64,000 nucleotides of DNA from Amphiscolops sp. MND2022 (taxonomy: Eukaryota). Under the pieces are notes generated by a model, which did not search any database, was not told the DNA's origin, and saw nothing but the letters and a program-made list of their open reading frames with translations. Below, one piece after another: positions 14,050 to 27,732 of the stretch. The stretch spans positions 45,944,001 to 46,008,000 of the forward strand of contig OZ076413.1 in assembly GCA_964187785.1 (NCBI GenBank), in the 5' to 3' direction. The position numbers and the translations under genes were made by a program. Numbering within the stretch: position 1 is the first letter of the stretch; every line of letters starts with the position of its first letter.

Positions 14050-14560
14050 CATCCATGCAAGCATTCTAAAGTTTTAATAAACATAGAAAATACTCAGAGC
14101 ACGCATGGAGAAAATTTGTAGGATTACAATGCAGCTTCCACTATTTCAATTAAAACAGAAAACATTTCCACTTCTTCATCACCGCGATCATTTTGTTTTC
14201 ACGCGTAAGTTTCTCAAGTAAGTACCTTATGTGATCACCGTTAGTCAAATAGCACGCTGAATATGACGCTACTTTGAAACTTATAATGTGACTGAAGTTT
14301 GTTTGCATTGAAAGCGCGGTAAAAATGATGAAGGTCTTAGCTGCTTTTAAAATTAGAGCCGCTGCTTGATGAAGCCTGCGAAACGTCGCGGCTGGCAATT
14401 GCCGCCAATTTTAGGATGCATCTTTAAGGCAGCTTGATAAAATTAAATTGAATCAGTGAAATTTTAATGCATGGAAGTCTCCTTGAGAATTTTATAAAAT
14501 CATGAAAAATTAGCTTGGTAACCTACAGAAACTTGTAAAAAGTTCAAGCAGTTTGAACCA
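14050..14560. repeat. ~500-bp dispersed repeat of unknown class (other copies ~17505..18508 interrupted by a MITE, and ~52925..53410)
   Basis: Colinear shared blocks ATGTGATCACCG, ATGACGCTA, GACTGAAGT, AGCGGTAAAA, GCAGCTTGATAAAA and AAAAAGTTCAAGCAGTTT. Boundaries approximate. Confidence 0.75.
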
Positions 14561-15376
14561 GGGGGTAAGAAAAAATGTGGTATTTAAGCCGTCACTCAAG
14601 GGCAGGTACAAGCGCAATCGAGTAAGGCATCCGGGACTGACTGTCATTCGTCACCAGCTTTTCAAAATTATTTTTAATTAAGTTTGTTTATTCCAGTGTA
14701 CGACGTTGAAAATTTGCAAAAGGACATTCAAAGTTTTTGAAGCGAATCAGGCGACAAATTGATGTTTTTAAATATACGCTCAACGTTTCATAATTCGACT
14801 TGCATTTTTGGTAATTACTCGGTGGATCACTGCTTGCATTAAGCTTGTAATTAGGATTGAACGTTTTTGGCTATGCGAGGCATCGTTTTCATTTTTCATA
14901 CCTCTCCTGTAGCAACGAAAGTTCTCACAATGAAAGTTCCCTTGAAGAAATTTCTGACAACGGAATTTTTGCCGACGAATTTTCAGTCTCGTAGAGTATC
15001 AATCAATGTTACAATCGAACGCTGTCGCAAAACTAGAAGGAATTTTAGAAAGTTGACTGAAATTGATAAGCAACATAACTGCCACGCTTCAGGGTATGCT
15101 GTGAAAATTCTCAGAAAACGCTCATTTTCGTTGCACGATTTTTAGTACTAATCGTAGTATGACCTCCATTGTTGATACGTTCTTACTACGATAAGAATGA
15201 TAGTGCTGTTAGGGCCTGGAACTCCACGGTAGAGTATAATTTTTCTCTAATCTCTTTTGAAAACTTCATTTTATTGTAATTTGTTTAAATTGCCCAGCTC
15301 TTATCTCGGAATTTTCATGACAATCATTGTAATATCCGAATAAACAGTTTGCCATTACATCGCGGGAGTCAAAAAT

Positions 15377-15478
15377 TGGTTTTTGTATGGCAGCCAAGTT
15401 GTCTTTAAGATTGCCTTCCAGAGTGTATATACTCTGGAAGGCAATCTTGAAGACAACTTGGCTGCCATACAAAAACCA
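15377..15478. repeat. Near-perfect 102-bp palindrome
   Basis: TGGTTTTTGTATGGCAGCCAAGTTG...CAACTTGGCTGCCATACAAAAACCA, centre near 15427/15428, two mismatches. Confidence 0.9.
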
Positions 15479-17933
15479 GAAATTTTTGGTTGTAATAGTT
15501 GTTGTAAAACTAATATTTAGTTTACGTTCTGTTAAAAAGTTGGGTATGTGAATAAATTTCAGTGGTGCCCACCAGATAGACGGAAAATTTTGTTTTAGGA
15601 CCTCTTAAAAGGTGTCGTTAAGCACAACCAATTTGGTTGATAAATTGTTCTGAAAGAGTTTATTGTGAATCAGCCGCGAAATTTGATTTAGTTCTTCAGC
15701 ATTCCAGCAATATTTTGACTTCTGGGATAAAATATTATGGGCATAAATTCACTTTTGGGAGAAAATAAAAACTGAACTCTTTGGTTAATACAAGTGGTTA
15801 ACAATCAAATTGAACGCGGGATAATTTTCAATATACAGTATCAATATACCAATAACCTGATGACAAAATAACAAATTATACGATGCAATCGCCTCGTTTG
15901 TAACTGATAATTACAAGTAATTACACGTGGAGTGGATCCGCATTCGAAGCGATTCCAAATTCGAACTAAATAGGCACCTGATAAAAAGGATAATGCCTTT
16001 AATACCAGAATTGTGTCTGATTATATACAACACCAGTTGGACAAACAGTAGAACTCCAATTGGTATAATATCTACAATTTTGAATCCAACGGCTGAACGC
16101 TAACTTTGATTGCATTTATAATATTCTGTGAAATCGAATCGTTCGCTTCATTTATTAAGTGTGACAAACGCCGCGAGGTTATGCCATTGAGAAATAAGAA
16201 AAGATTTAGCAGGATAGGGTTTTCGCTTCCGGGATAGACCCCATCAGCTAAAGGAAAATTTTTATTTCCGAGCAAAGGTGACCGAGGCGTGATCCCGCAT
16301 CTTAAATGTACCCTCCATTTTGTCACAGTCTGTAACTGAGCTTTTTCCCTGACCAGAACAATTGTTTAACTAGCCTTCAAAAAATGTTGCTAAAAAACAA
16401 AAAGTCCGAAAACTTGAAAATGTCAATTTTATCAGGGTAGCACATCATAACAAATTAGAGGCTCTTGTAATAATTCAAACAAATCATTCTGCAGACCATT
16501 GTGGGAAGATCATTGAATGGTGTCCCAATTTTAGTTTTCCAATGATTCAGCATAGAATATTGTGTTCAAGTAGGCGTCATTTCTCATATTGAGAACGATG
16601 CCATAAACGGGAACACTAAAGACAATCTCTATTCTTTTGCATGATCGACAATGTTCTAAATGCGTAATCGTTGCTCTTTTCTTAGAGCCGAAATGTTGTT
16701 ACATGGAAAACTTAAAGCAAATGATCTTTTAGATCCTCCGCAATTGAAGAATTTCGTAGCGTCTTTAATCGAAAACATCAATTAAAGCAATTTATGGGAA
16801 AGGAGTGCGTTAAACTACTTTATGAGGCTCATCAATATCATCCAGGAATAAACAACAGTCTACATTTTCTGGGAAAGTCGACATCCAACTTCGACCGCAT
16901 CGACGCCAATAAACAGCTGGGTGATAAGACTTTACAAGTAAGTATCTTTGCAAAATCAGAACGTTTGAGGGTGCCATGTGCATGTTATGTCAAGCCAGTG
17001 GTTGTTAGATTTTTTTGAGACGATCACGAAGAAAAAAATAACCATACAAACCCATCACAGCGTGAAAAGCTCAAGGTAGGATCAAAACTACCTGTAAGCC
17101 AAATGAGAGAGCTGTTCATTGATAAGAGCATGTCTGAAACCGACCGAAATGTGCTCTCTCTTGCGAAGAGTAGATATTGCTTAAGATAAACTAGGAAAGA
17201 CCGAGTCGTCAGGGAAAATGGACGCAAATAAAGCCACGTGGACTCTATTTGTTAGCCAACTGTGTTGAAACTTTCTACTGTCATTAAACGTTTGTTTTCT
17301 TCGCGCTCATCACTATGTGATGCTCTTTTTGTTTCAAGTTGCCGACAAAAGTGGAAAAATAACAAAGTACTAAATAAGAGACAAAAGGAAAACTGATATT
17401 TAAAAAAACTATATGTGGTTGCAAAATAAAATTTGGACAAGATAAGCTGATTGATCTAACCCTAGTTGAAGCTAGGGTTCCTGCTGCAGGAACTTTTTAC
17501 ATGCAGCAGGCATGCAAGCAGGGTATTTTTTAAATGAAACCTAGAAAATTCAATGAACTTCGGTTGGTAAACCATGGACAATTACACTGCATTTTCCACT
17601 ATTGTAATTAAATTCGAAAATAAATTACACCGAACACGATCACATTGTGTTCACACTTTGTTTTCTCAACTACTATCTGATGTGATCACCGCTTCTCAAA
17701 TAACACGCTAGACATGACGCTAACTTGCGGTTTATTATGCGACTGAAGTTATTTTGCATTGATTTAGCGGTAAAATTGATAGCGCCTTATTTGCTTTCAA
17801 AATTATAACTGCTGCCTAATGAAACCTGCAAAACTTCCAAGCTTAAAATTGCCACCAAAACTTTGATGAATCTTTCAAGCAGCTTGATAAAAGTTTAATA
17901 CAACAGGGACAAACTTTCACATGAAAGTTTCCG

Positions 17934-18422
17934 GGGGGCTTCCCACGAAGCAGAATATTCACTAAGCCGAAAAAACGAAAGTATTCACTAAGCCGAAAAA
18001 ACGAAAGTATTCACTAAGCCGAAAAAACGAAAGTATTCACTAAGCCGAAAATTACGTAGCACTGTATAATTCTCTGCAATCTAATTGGCTGACGCGGGCG
18101 GACCGGAACGAAGTCCGTTCAGAAATTTTTTTAAAAATGAAATTTTCAATTTCCCCCAGTCAGCTATGTTCACATACTCCTAGTGCCCTAAATGCAGGAG
18201 CGAAGCGAAGCGGAGCGACGTGCCATTTGGCCATGCCTCAATGTTGCTACCTGGCGAAGGGAGCGAAGCGACCGAGCCATAGAACAAATATTCTAACCTA
18301 TTCAAATAAATCAAGTTCCATACATATTGGCGGTAACAGTATACATTTCATTGTATTTTTCGGCTTAGTGAATACTTTCAATTTTTCGGCTTAGTGAATA
18401 TTCTGCTTCGTGACACCCCACC
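17934..18422. mobile_element. MITE with GG termini and 8-bp TSD (Merlin- or Mutator-like)
   Basis: TIR core CACGAAGCAGAATATTCACTAAGCCGAAAA at both ends, TSD AGTTTCCG at 17926-17933 and 18423-18430, and a 26-bp unit repeated about 4 times in the left arm. Confidence 0.85.
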
Positions 18423-19199
18423 AGTTTCCGTAAGAGTTTTAGAAAATCATAATAAAAGTTGCTTGCAACGTTAAAGTACATGCAAAAAGTTCAAGCAGTT
18501 TCAACGAGGGAATTGCTCTGATGAATGAGTTTATCAGTAATAACACAGTATCAAACAAGGAGCTCATTCATCATTAGATGAATCTGGCAACGCGGCTGTT
18601 GTATCAATGGAGAACGATAACGGAAGTGGTGATCCTCAATCATATACAAATTTTCCTGATACTAGAAGTTAAATCGGTTTTTGCGTGGTTTCTGCTGTTT
18701 ACCAGTCAAGGAAGAGTACAATGAAAATAAACAAATTCGATAACTGAGATTGATCCATGAAGGTCGAATTTGGATCAAAACCTCATCATGGCTACACAAT
18801 TGTAGAGTTAGAAAGTACGAACAGATCATAAATTGAAAACGACAGTAAATGTCAGAACTGAGGCCCACTTTGGAAACGAAATTCGGTAAATTTGTTATAC
18901 AAGGAAGGCCACGCTATCAGCCGGTTCTATATAAATCACACAAAGAAAAAGAGAAATCGCGGTGTTGCATTTTTAATTCCTGAAAAGTTGAATATGAACC
19001 TTTAAAATGTGAACAATTGGAAGCGCGATAGCTCGAGTCAAGCGTGGACCTGTATTTACAGCTTGTGTTGTGTAATCTACCCTTCTCAGAGTCATTAAAA
19101 AGGAAACATGTCTGGGCTGTAAAATCAGAAGTCGACAAGATGAGTCGACAATTTTTGAGATATCAGTATTGATACAAATGTGGGAGTAAAAATGAGAAA

Positions 19200-19800
19200 C
19201 TAATTGGCTCTTTTTGATTGGATAAGCAGACGATTTGTAAACGAGAGTGAAGGTGACATCTGCAACTTGTTTACATCATGTGGTAACGATCATTTCGTTT
19301 TTAACTTAAACTGTAACTTTTGTCAATCAGTGACCGCTACACTGTTTTATGTGAAAAAGCAGTTGATTCGAGGAAACAGTTACTCTATTAGAATATTAGA
19401 GATTTTTGAAAACTTTCTGAAGAGAGAAACAAAGAACTTTTCGATTCTGATTCAAAACACATTTCAAAAATGATCGCGAATCCCACCAATGAAAACCGAT
19501 CGGAAATTGATTGGCACGAAATAGTTTAGGAATTCAGAAAAAGAAAGCAAAAAAATTTCACTTATCAAAAACTATTCTTTACTTCGACCAATTTTTTTTG
19601 GTACACTTAAAGGACTTGTTAGAGAAACTTTAGAGAAATTCAATCCTTCGACCAAAACTTTTTTCGGTACACTTAAAGAACTTGCTAGAGAAAGACATTG
19701 AAAATCAATCTCACTTGATCCCGACACGTTGAACGAATATTTCGCATCAATTGGATCTAATTTCCTTTCAAAGTTTACAGACACAGATGACCAAACAATA
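19200..19800 (+). pseudogene. Fragment of a CR1/L2-type non-LTR retrotransposon ORF2
   Basis: GATCCCGACACGTTGAACGAATATTTCGCATCAATTGGATCT translates to DPDTLNEYFASIGS, the FNxYFxSIG motif upstream of CR1-type RT. A degenerate DHF (end of the APE domain) lies near 19288. Confidence 0.55.
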
Positions 19801-19808
19801 TTGTTCAA

Positions 19809-19960
19809 ATGTCTCATGAATAATTGTTACTAAGTCCAAACTGTGTTTTCATTCTTTGAATATGTCTCATGAATAATTGTTACTAAGGCCAAACTGTGTT
19901 TTCATTCTTTGAATATGTCTCATGAATAATTGTTACTAAGTCCAAACTGTGTTCTCATTC
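19809..19960. repeat. 53-bp tandem repeat, ~2.8 copies
   Basis: ATGTCTCATGAATAATTGTTACTAAG recurs at 19809, 19862 and 19915. Confidence 0.9.
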
Positions 19961-20171
19961 TTTTTCATTTATCCTCACACAAATTCACTGCCAGAGGTGG
20001 ACGTCACATGTGTCTGAAAAAGCAATGGCTGATTCTCGAAAAAAACGTCATAAATACACTGTTTTTGCGCTAATGAAACATCATCGCCATCAACTGTTTG
20101 ACAATATTTAAAAAGTATGGTTTGAAATGCAAGGTTGAAACCTTACAATCACGAACCAGAAACACGTGAAG

Positions 20172-20230
20172 CAAAGTCAAAGTCAAAGTCAAAGTCAAAA
20201 GTCAAAGTCAAAGACAAAAAGTCAAAGTCA
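20172..20230. repeat. (CAAAGT)n microsatellite
   Basis: About 9 imperfect hexamer units, directly visible. Confidence 0.9.
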
Positions 20231-21156
20231 CTCGTCGATTTGAAAAGGATAGCAGTTGCTGAAGATTGTCGTTTTTGTTTGACTTCTGATTGTCGACTAA
20301 TTGTATGGCGACCGCCAGGTGGCTCTTTCAATTCAGAGTTTACGTAGATCGAGCATCTTTGATCTATGAGATTTTCATCCGGAAAATTACGTGATTTTTT
20401 TTATCGGGAAAAACACGATCTTCAGCTTTGGAACAATCTTCTAAGGAGTTGATAACCCTACTTTCCATCGAGTCCGTTTTGTTCGGAATTGGGGCCTTAG
20501 AAAATAAGAATGGAAGAAAAAGTGCTCACATGCAGTCGTTACTTGGACATTATCGAGAATTTAACGACAATGATGAGCAAATCGAGTCCAGAGCACACTT
20601 TTTGAGGAGTTATGAGTTACAGGGCTGACTGGCACCTAAGGTCAATAAAAAACTTACTACCAATCACCCAATTTACTGTTTCCTTAAAGGTTACTGAAAC
20701 TGCGAGTGTTGTGGTCGATCGTAAAGCGACAATTCGTCCCAAGCGACAATTCGTCCCAAGCGACAATTCGTCCCAAATTCCAAAAAGCGACAATTCGTCC
20801 CAAGCGACAATTCGTCCCATTTTGAAAAGGCGACAATTCGTCCCAATTATTAAAAGCTGCAATTTGTCCCCAACTTAATTGCCAATAAAGACCTTTGTAA
20901 TAATGAATCCGGAAAGATTACAATTAGAGGCAGGTGCCAACAATTAATTTTAACATTCCACGACTAGTACGTTAAAATGCAACATTTTCTAATTTTTTCA
21001 CATGGTTGAATGAATTCATTTGTAGTTGGTTTGATTATTTCTTTCGTTTCAACCTTCCAAAGGTTGGTATTTAGCTGATCAACTAAACAATTTGGGACGA
21101 ATTGTCGCTTTTTACAAATGGGACGAATTGTCGCCTTTTCAAAATGGGACGAATTG

Positions 21157-21927
21157 TGTAACGACAAGCTCTCACCATTGTCGCCGTAACCATAAGAGTT
21201 AGAGGAACACATGATATGGGTATTTGCCCGGGACAGGCGCCCATGACCATGAGCTCATTTTCCCTCTTTCGGGTAAAAACGGTCCCGTCAGAGGAGGATT
21301 CCGCTTCTTGTGAAGTGCTCGCCGGCCTGATCCAGTCTGTAATTGCTATCAGTAGTGCGCATTACGCTTTTTCTTCGAAACCAACACTTAGACAGCCTTT
21401 AAAAACGTTCCAAAAGGAAATTATGTTAAATTTTCGTTATTCAGGGTGACTTGGGCAATATCTAAAATTACGAAATAAGATCTTAAATCGTCAAAATAGC
21501 CATAAACTTACAACAATGTGCAGCAATCTCGTCCACAACAGCGATTTGGCAACATCCACATTCAGCTCGCAAGCTGGGGCACCACAGGCACAGATTTGTG
21601 AATTAGACGAAAAGACTCATTTTTACGGTTTTCGCTACTTAAGGTAGCATACTGCTGAAATCAAGGTTAGCACCTTCGAAAGAGTCTAATTTCAGAGGTT
21701 TTTGCAGTCTCTGGCGTCTGCTCGGGCGGCTGGCCTTATGTTTTTTCTCGATCTTGCTCTTTGTTGTCGAAGTACCTGCCAATTTCGTTGAAACAGCGAA
21801 AAGAGCAATCACATGCTCAGTGCCACGTCAAACATCGAATTAGAATTTTTGACAAAATTTCTGAACATGTCACAATTCCAAAATTCCAATATCGACTGAT
21901 TTTGCTGTCTCAGAGGGTGCCATTACA
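21157..21927 (-). repeat. 3' LTR of the non-autonomous element
   Basis: TGTAACGAC...GCCATTACA. Nearly identical to the split copy (one difference seen outside the insertion junction). Preceded on minus by CAGGGGAGTA. Confidence 0.95.
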
Positions 21928-23103
21928 TACTCCCCTGACTTTATGCATGACGTCCCTGTCATGCGGAGAAGCTGGCATTGAAACATCTCCACATCATCAT
22001 TGAAATCGAGTGGGAGTTCAAACTGGTGATTTTGCATCGGAGTTGTGTCACAATCATCTTTTGCTGTTTGGGGCAATATTGAGGTTTTGTTTCTTGCGAT
22101 CTATCGAGCCTGCTTTATTCACTGGCTGCTGTTACTGGAGCAAGCCCTGGGGCTAGAAAACGAGCACTCAAAATGCACCTTCAAACAAATCATAATCTTT
22201 AATCTATATATCAATCTAAGAGCATCATTCAATTGGCAAAGTTTTTTGTACTAAATTTGGATAGGATCTTGATAGCACTGATGTTTTTGTGGTTCAAGAA
22301 TTTTTTTGGAGCCCTGGGGCTCTCTGGCGCGGTTTCTTCCAAAAACTTCTTTTCTACGCCAGTAAAAATTCAGTTTGCAGAACAGTTAAAACTTGTTTTC
22401 AGTAAAACTTCTTTTCAGCGGAAAAACCACTGTTTAAAAGGAAAACAGGTAGTTTCTGATATTTTTGTGTTCAAAGTTTGGCTAGGTTTAGGCAGCAGGC
22501 ACTGATGTGCAGCTCGATACCAAAACAAAAATCAGTAGCATCCGTTGAGGAGAGTATGAAAGGCGAATTATCAAATGACTGCATGTGAGATTTAGCACTG
22601 AGACAAAAATAGACAAGATTCTGTAATTGAAAATTTCGGGGCAAATGAGCTCCATTAAACTAGTTTTTCTGTAGAAAAGCCACTGAATCAAAGGAAAATT
22701 AACATTGAAACTTCAAGGAGTATAACTATAGAGATAACGAAATTAAAGAAGAAACTATAAGAAAAAGCATCTGGTCAAAGTTGCACTGACGAGGACTTTT
22801 ATGTTTCTTTTTTTGTTTTTTTTTGTTTTTCATTGTTTTTTTTGTTAAGCCTCGCTGATAGCCTTGAAAATGTTAAATCAAATAAAATTTTACGAGAAAC
22901 AAAAAAAACAAAGTTTTTATCAAGCTGTGATCGTATACATCAGAATCGATTGAAAGTAACGTGCGGTCAGGATTTCATTACTTTAGATTGTGGCCAATTC
23001 CGTGGGTGGTCAGCGTGGAATGTAGAGAATAGAGTGTTGTCTCTCCATGAGACTCCCCGGACTTTAGTCAACTCCTCAGGCCTTAATCGATGAGCAGTCT
23101 TTT

Positions 23104-24282
23104 TCATATGAGGATAGCGAGGAATAGACAAACTTGAATGCCCGACACAAAAATTGCAGAATGATAAGTTGAGCTTTGATGACACCTCCTCCCCCCTTGA
23201 AACGAAATGGAGTGTAGCTCGGGTTGTGGATAGGCATCATTATTTAATAGCAGCAGGATATACAAAAAGCATGAAATATCAGGACTTCCAATAAAGAAAA
23301 CTGAGGCTAGGTTTGTCTCAAGACTGTGATAATTGTTCGGAGGTCGGCCACGCCTATGTCCCTTCGGTCGATGCGACCATGGTAGTAAGAAGACTGAGCG
23401 TGGTGGACGGCCGCGGCGACGTCTATGATGAAACGAGAGCAGAACTTCATGCCATGAGAGTTCACCAGAAGTCCGCGGTGGTCGACCACGTCTATGTCCA
23501 ATCGGTCGAGATTTGGTTGAACCACTATGCAACCATTTGATAAAGATTGGCTGGTCCACCTGAATATAATCCTGTAGACCACGTTCAGCAGAAGTTGTCT
23601 CAATAGAATTTGTCAGCAAACTCGGCAGCAACTGCGAAGTGAATAATAGGGAATTTGTTCCAGGGAAGTGAGAGTTGCTTACAGAATCCTGCGATAAGGA
23701 AAGGGAGGGTGAGACTGATATTCGTTCATTTTTTGTATCACTTGAGTAGAGGTTGCTCTCGAGCAACCCATTGTCACCGGCGTGATATTCAGGCAAAGTG
23801 TCAGCAATACTCATGGTTGTGGTGTCCAAAGATATTGGTTCCAGCCCCATGTCTTTTGTTGGCTGTGTCATTGGTTCTGCTTCGGCGTCGTTTGAAATAT
23901 TGATAGTGGCACTTCTGAGGTGTATTTGCACATCTGCATTTATCGACTGCATTTGTGCTAGCACTCGTGCTAACAATTTCTCCCTACGTATCTCATTTTG
24001 TGCCAACAAGATTGATAATTCATCCATCTGCTGCTCCAGGGCGTCTAATTGTTGATCCTGTTTCTGATAAGTCTGAATACTGGTTTCATGGAGAGGGAAT
24101 CCTTTCGACGACGATACTGAACTAGGACTGGAAGTCTTTATGCTAATCTCCGGTTCGGTATCCTGAGTTTTAGATGGCATTGAGTCTAGAAAATCGGAGA
24201 AAAGTTTGAAACGATCCTCCAAAGGCCAATCTTCCAACTTCAAATCCTCTAACTTCGTCGATCGGTCATGTTCATCTACCAT
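23104..24282 (-). CDS. 392-aa ORF in the element's sense orientation with a coiled coil and three RRGRPP (AT-hook-like) repeats
   Basis: Only long ORF in the element. Contains LDALEQQMDELSILLAQNE heptads and RRGRPP three times. No RT, integrase or capsid motifs. Confidence 0.5.
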   Translation of the reverse strand: MVDEHDRSTKLEDLKLEDWPLEDRFKLFSDFLDSMPSKTQDTEPEISIKTSSPSSVSSSKGFPLHETSIQTYQKQDQQLDALEQQMDELSILLAQNEIRREKLLARVLAQMQSINADVQIHLRSATINISNDAEAEPMTQPTKDMGLEPISLDTTTMSIADTLPEYHAGDNGLLESNLYSSDTKNERISVSPSLSLSQDSVSNSHFPGTNSLLFTSQLLPSLLTNSIETTSAERGLQDYIQVDQPIFIKWLHSGSTKSRPIGHRRGRPPRTSGELSWHEVLLSFHHRRRRGRPPRSVFLLPWSHRPKGHRRGRPPNNYHSLETNLASVFFIGSPDISCFLYILLLLNNDAYPQPELHSISFQGGRRCHQSSTYHSAIFVSGIQVCLFLAILI

Positions 24283-27200
24283 TGGGGATTCATTTTGAGT
24301 TTGAACATCATGAACGTTAATTGGTTGTGGTGCATTGACACCCTCTTTTCCTTTGAAAAAGGAACGGAGGCGGTGGAAGACTTTTCAACTTTTCATTTCA
24401 GCTTTCGAGATTCCGAACTGCTTCACTAGAACCACCTGTGTATCCAAATTAAGTGTCAGGGTCAAAGTCAAGGGAAGTTCTAGCAATCACAGCTGACTGA
24501 AAACTGTTCAACGCTTTGCAAGCTGCTCAGTGGGCCAAAAGATGTTGTTCTCGAGCAAATTGCTGCAGCCAAGTTGGATAGTGCGCACCAAAAAGACAGT
24601 CGAGTGGTTTAGTGACCTCTCAACCTCGATGGATTCGGGTATATTGTGATTACCCAAAAGAGTTCTCTGCAAATTTGACGCGATATTCGGTGCTTGTGCT
24701 ACTCGATACTGCTGAATAATACCAAATAGAGGAACCAGAGTGTTCACAAAGGCTTCACATTCGGGCAAGCCGGTCAAAATATTGTCACTAGAAGGTTGCT
24801 CCTCTAAAAATCTCGTAATTTTGACTAAGTGGGAATCCTCAGGGTCTCCTTTGGATATTGAAAACCCTGCTCAGGCTCACAGCGTATTATATACAGGTTT
24901 TCGGTTGGGAAAATGTAGTCCAGAGTTCGTCGCAGGCACTTGAAATTGCTGAATTGGGCTTTTCAGCAGCAAGTTTCAAAGTCTCAGAGGAGTCCAAAAT
25001 TTATGACCCCTGCCGGCAATTTTTTTGAACCGTGGGATTTGCCTCGTTTGCACCCAGGAAGGCCTTCTAGGTCCCTTCGGTTAGAAAATGAAGGCTTTTG
25101 GTCTCTGCCTTCCGTATAGTGGGAGTACTGAGTTTTTCTGTTTCGTTTTTTTTTTTACAGTTTTTCGGAATTTTGGCCAAAATGCGTGCCTGGGCACAGT
25201 CAAAATCAGTTTTATCAGACGTACTAGGTAGAAAATTGCACAGCACGTTTGTTCAGTTACACAAATTGGAAAGAGGACTTACCGAGGCTGATAATTACTT
25301 CCAGCTACAAGCTAGAGTGTTTTTTAACAATTTTTGAAAATTTCAAAATTTTTAGAAAATTACTCAAGTGGCTCGTACCAAGTCTGGAAACGTAAGAATG
25401 GGCTCAAAATTGGCCACGCGGTTCCACGTATAGCCAGGTACACTGTAACGAGCAGTAATTGGGGCTCAGACTGTTGAATGAGTTGCAGATGCTGTACAGG
25501 CTTGCCGTATCACCGTATCTCAATTGACTCGGTTTTTCACGTGCAACCAAAGACTCTAGTCCACAGTGCTGAGCTCTCAAGCTCACTTTGTCGGTAACGG
25601 TGCACCAACTGACACCAATAAGAATAGTCCAGGGCAATGTAATCCCATGTAATCCCAACTTTCCAAGCAGGTGCGCCGACAGTTCCAAAAAATGATCCAA
25701 TTCGTTACAATACACAGGATATCACAACTTCAAGTAACAAAATGCTATGATCCAGCAAGGCAGCCCACTCGATACTGATCAAATATTACACGCACAGCAA
25801 TGAATGAACTACTGGGAGGTCAAACTAGGGGTTTCTACAGGTTTCCAACACGCAGAAATGACTTTTTTCCCACTTTCCTAGTTTTCGTCTCGGTGGACCC
25901 TTGAACTGAAACAATGAATATGCACGTCCAAGAGGAGTCGAAATTAGTTTCAAGGGTTGTAGCGTGCTGAAAAGTATACAGCACTTCTAGATTGATGCAC
26001 TGACCCAATAAGTGAGTCCAGAATTGGGTACTAGGATCCAGTCACAAGTCAGAGGTTTTTCAGATATTTTTTTGGTTTTTCAGATTCACTTGAGAAAAAC
26101 TCAAGTGGCTAGCGCTAACGCTAGAAACGCGGGATCGACTTCAAAATCAACCACACAATCCCACGTAAGTTGAGGTACACGGGAATAATAGTTGATTTGT
26201 GCTGAGATGACTAGGTGAAGTTTCAACACAGTACAGACGTTCGGTATCACTGTGTTCCAAGATGTACTGTTTTTAACGTGTCAACCCAGATTCTGGCGAA
26301 CTGGAAAGAGCGCTCACGCTCGTTTTTTGGCAACAATACGATAAACTTGCACTGGTTACGATAGTGGGCAGCAATTTGGCCGAATTCTTTGAATAGGGTG
26401 TTCAGGCAATCCCACAAGACTTCGTAGAATTCGCCTTCTTGCGCACCTTCTTGTGTAGTTCGTTTTAGTCAATTTCTCAACAGATACAGTACCAATTGAT
26501 CCCAAACTTGGCAGGCGCTGCCAGTGGGCACCAACCACGCTGTTAGAATAGTGAAACAGACACTGGTAGGCTTGCAGGGGGTCTCCCCAAGGATTTGGAC
26601 CTCTGCTCGTCTCGGTGAAGACTTAAGAAAATTGATGTTTTTCAACGTCCAAGATTTTTCAAAACACGTTCTAAGGCTCGTAGGCTGTTCAAATTTGCAC
26701 AGCGCTTTCCCACAAGCACACTGGGCCAGAAAATTAACCTGGTTTAGGGCAAAAAGTCTCCAGTCACCCACAGGAAGAATTTCAAAGATTTTTTGGATTT
26801 TCCAAAAATCGCACCACAACACTCAAGGGGCTCGTGTGTGCGCTGGAAGCGCCGTATCAAGCCCAAAATTGACCAGCAAATCTTAGGTACACGTAGGTTT
26901 GCGAAAATGAACATAGTTTTGAGCTGCGCCGCTTCTACACAGTTTCACCTAGGTACAAACGTGCGGTACCACTATGTACCGAAATACACTGTTTTTCACG
27001 TCTTTTTCAAGACTAGTGTCCACTGGAAAGAGCTAGCAAGCTCAAAATCTCTGCAGCAACGTAAAAACTAGCAGAGGTTACTATGATGGGGTGCAATATA
27101 GCCCCACCCGTCGGCTAAGGTGCCCGGGTTACTTGGAAAAATTAAGAAAAAAGTGCCTTTTTGCGCACCTTTTTGGGTGCCACGTTTTTCCTTTTTTCTC

Positions 27201-27732
27201 AACAAGTATCACACAGATCGGCACCAAACTTGGTAGTCTATGCCAGTGGGCACCTACAATGCCACTGATATGGTCGAATTGAAGCGCGAGCGCTTATTTA
27301 AGGTTTCGACCCAAGATGGACTTTGCACTCGAAAAAACACTGTTTTTGACAACTTTTTTCACAAATTGACCAAGAGGATCACCTCAGAAAGTGATACGGC
27401 GGGCAAAATGGGACCAACGTGTTGCCTCGCTATCCGTAGCACTGGGATTAACCCTCAATTGGTGGTGCCCGTTAGGTATAAGGCACTAACAGTCTTGCAG
27501 TGTTGGATTTTTTCGGTCCTCTTACGCTTCTCCGAAGTCAAAACGTCAGAGAGCTTTTCTCGACTTTGGTGACCGATACGCTCACCAAATTTTCGGCACT
27601 AACGTTAATTTTGGTGGTGGTTACGAAAATGCAACCACTTTTTGGCTAGGGTTCAGGAATCGATGACCCGACCCTAGCTCAGAGACAGTCCGGTTTTGTG
27701 GAAAATTGATCAAATTCAGTGCGTTTTTCCAC

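Noticed and set aside
13871..14056. HHDHVFG resembling a Polinton endonuclease-VII-like motif
   Set aside because: Single short match with no flanking Cys or other Polinton sequence.
15266..16330. Possible decayed RT fragments on the minus strand
   Set aside because: Only vague motif echoes and no catalytic motif, so not supportable by eye.
20725..20845. Short regularly spaced repeats resembling a CRISPR array (also 17955..18050 and 53550..54220)
   Set aside because: No unique spacers of constant length and no cas genes. The repeats are mirrored at the other end of TSD-flanked TIR elements.
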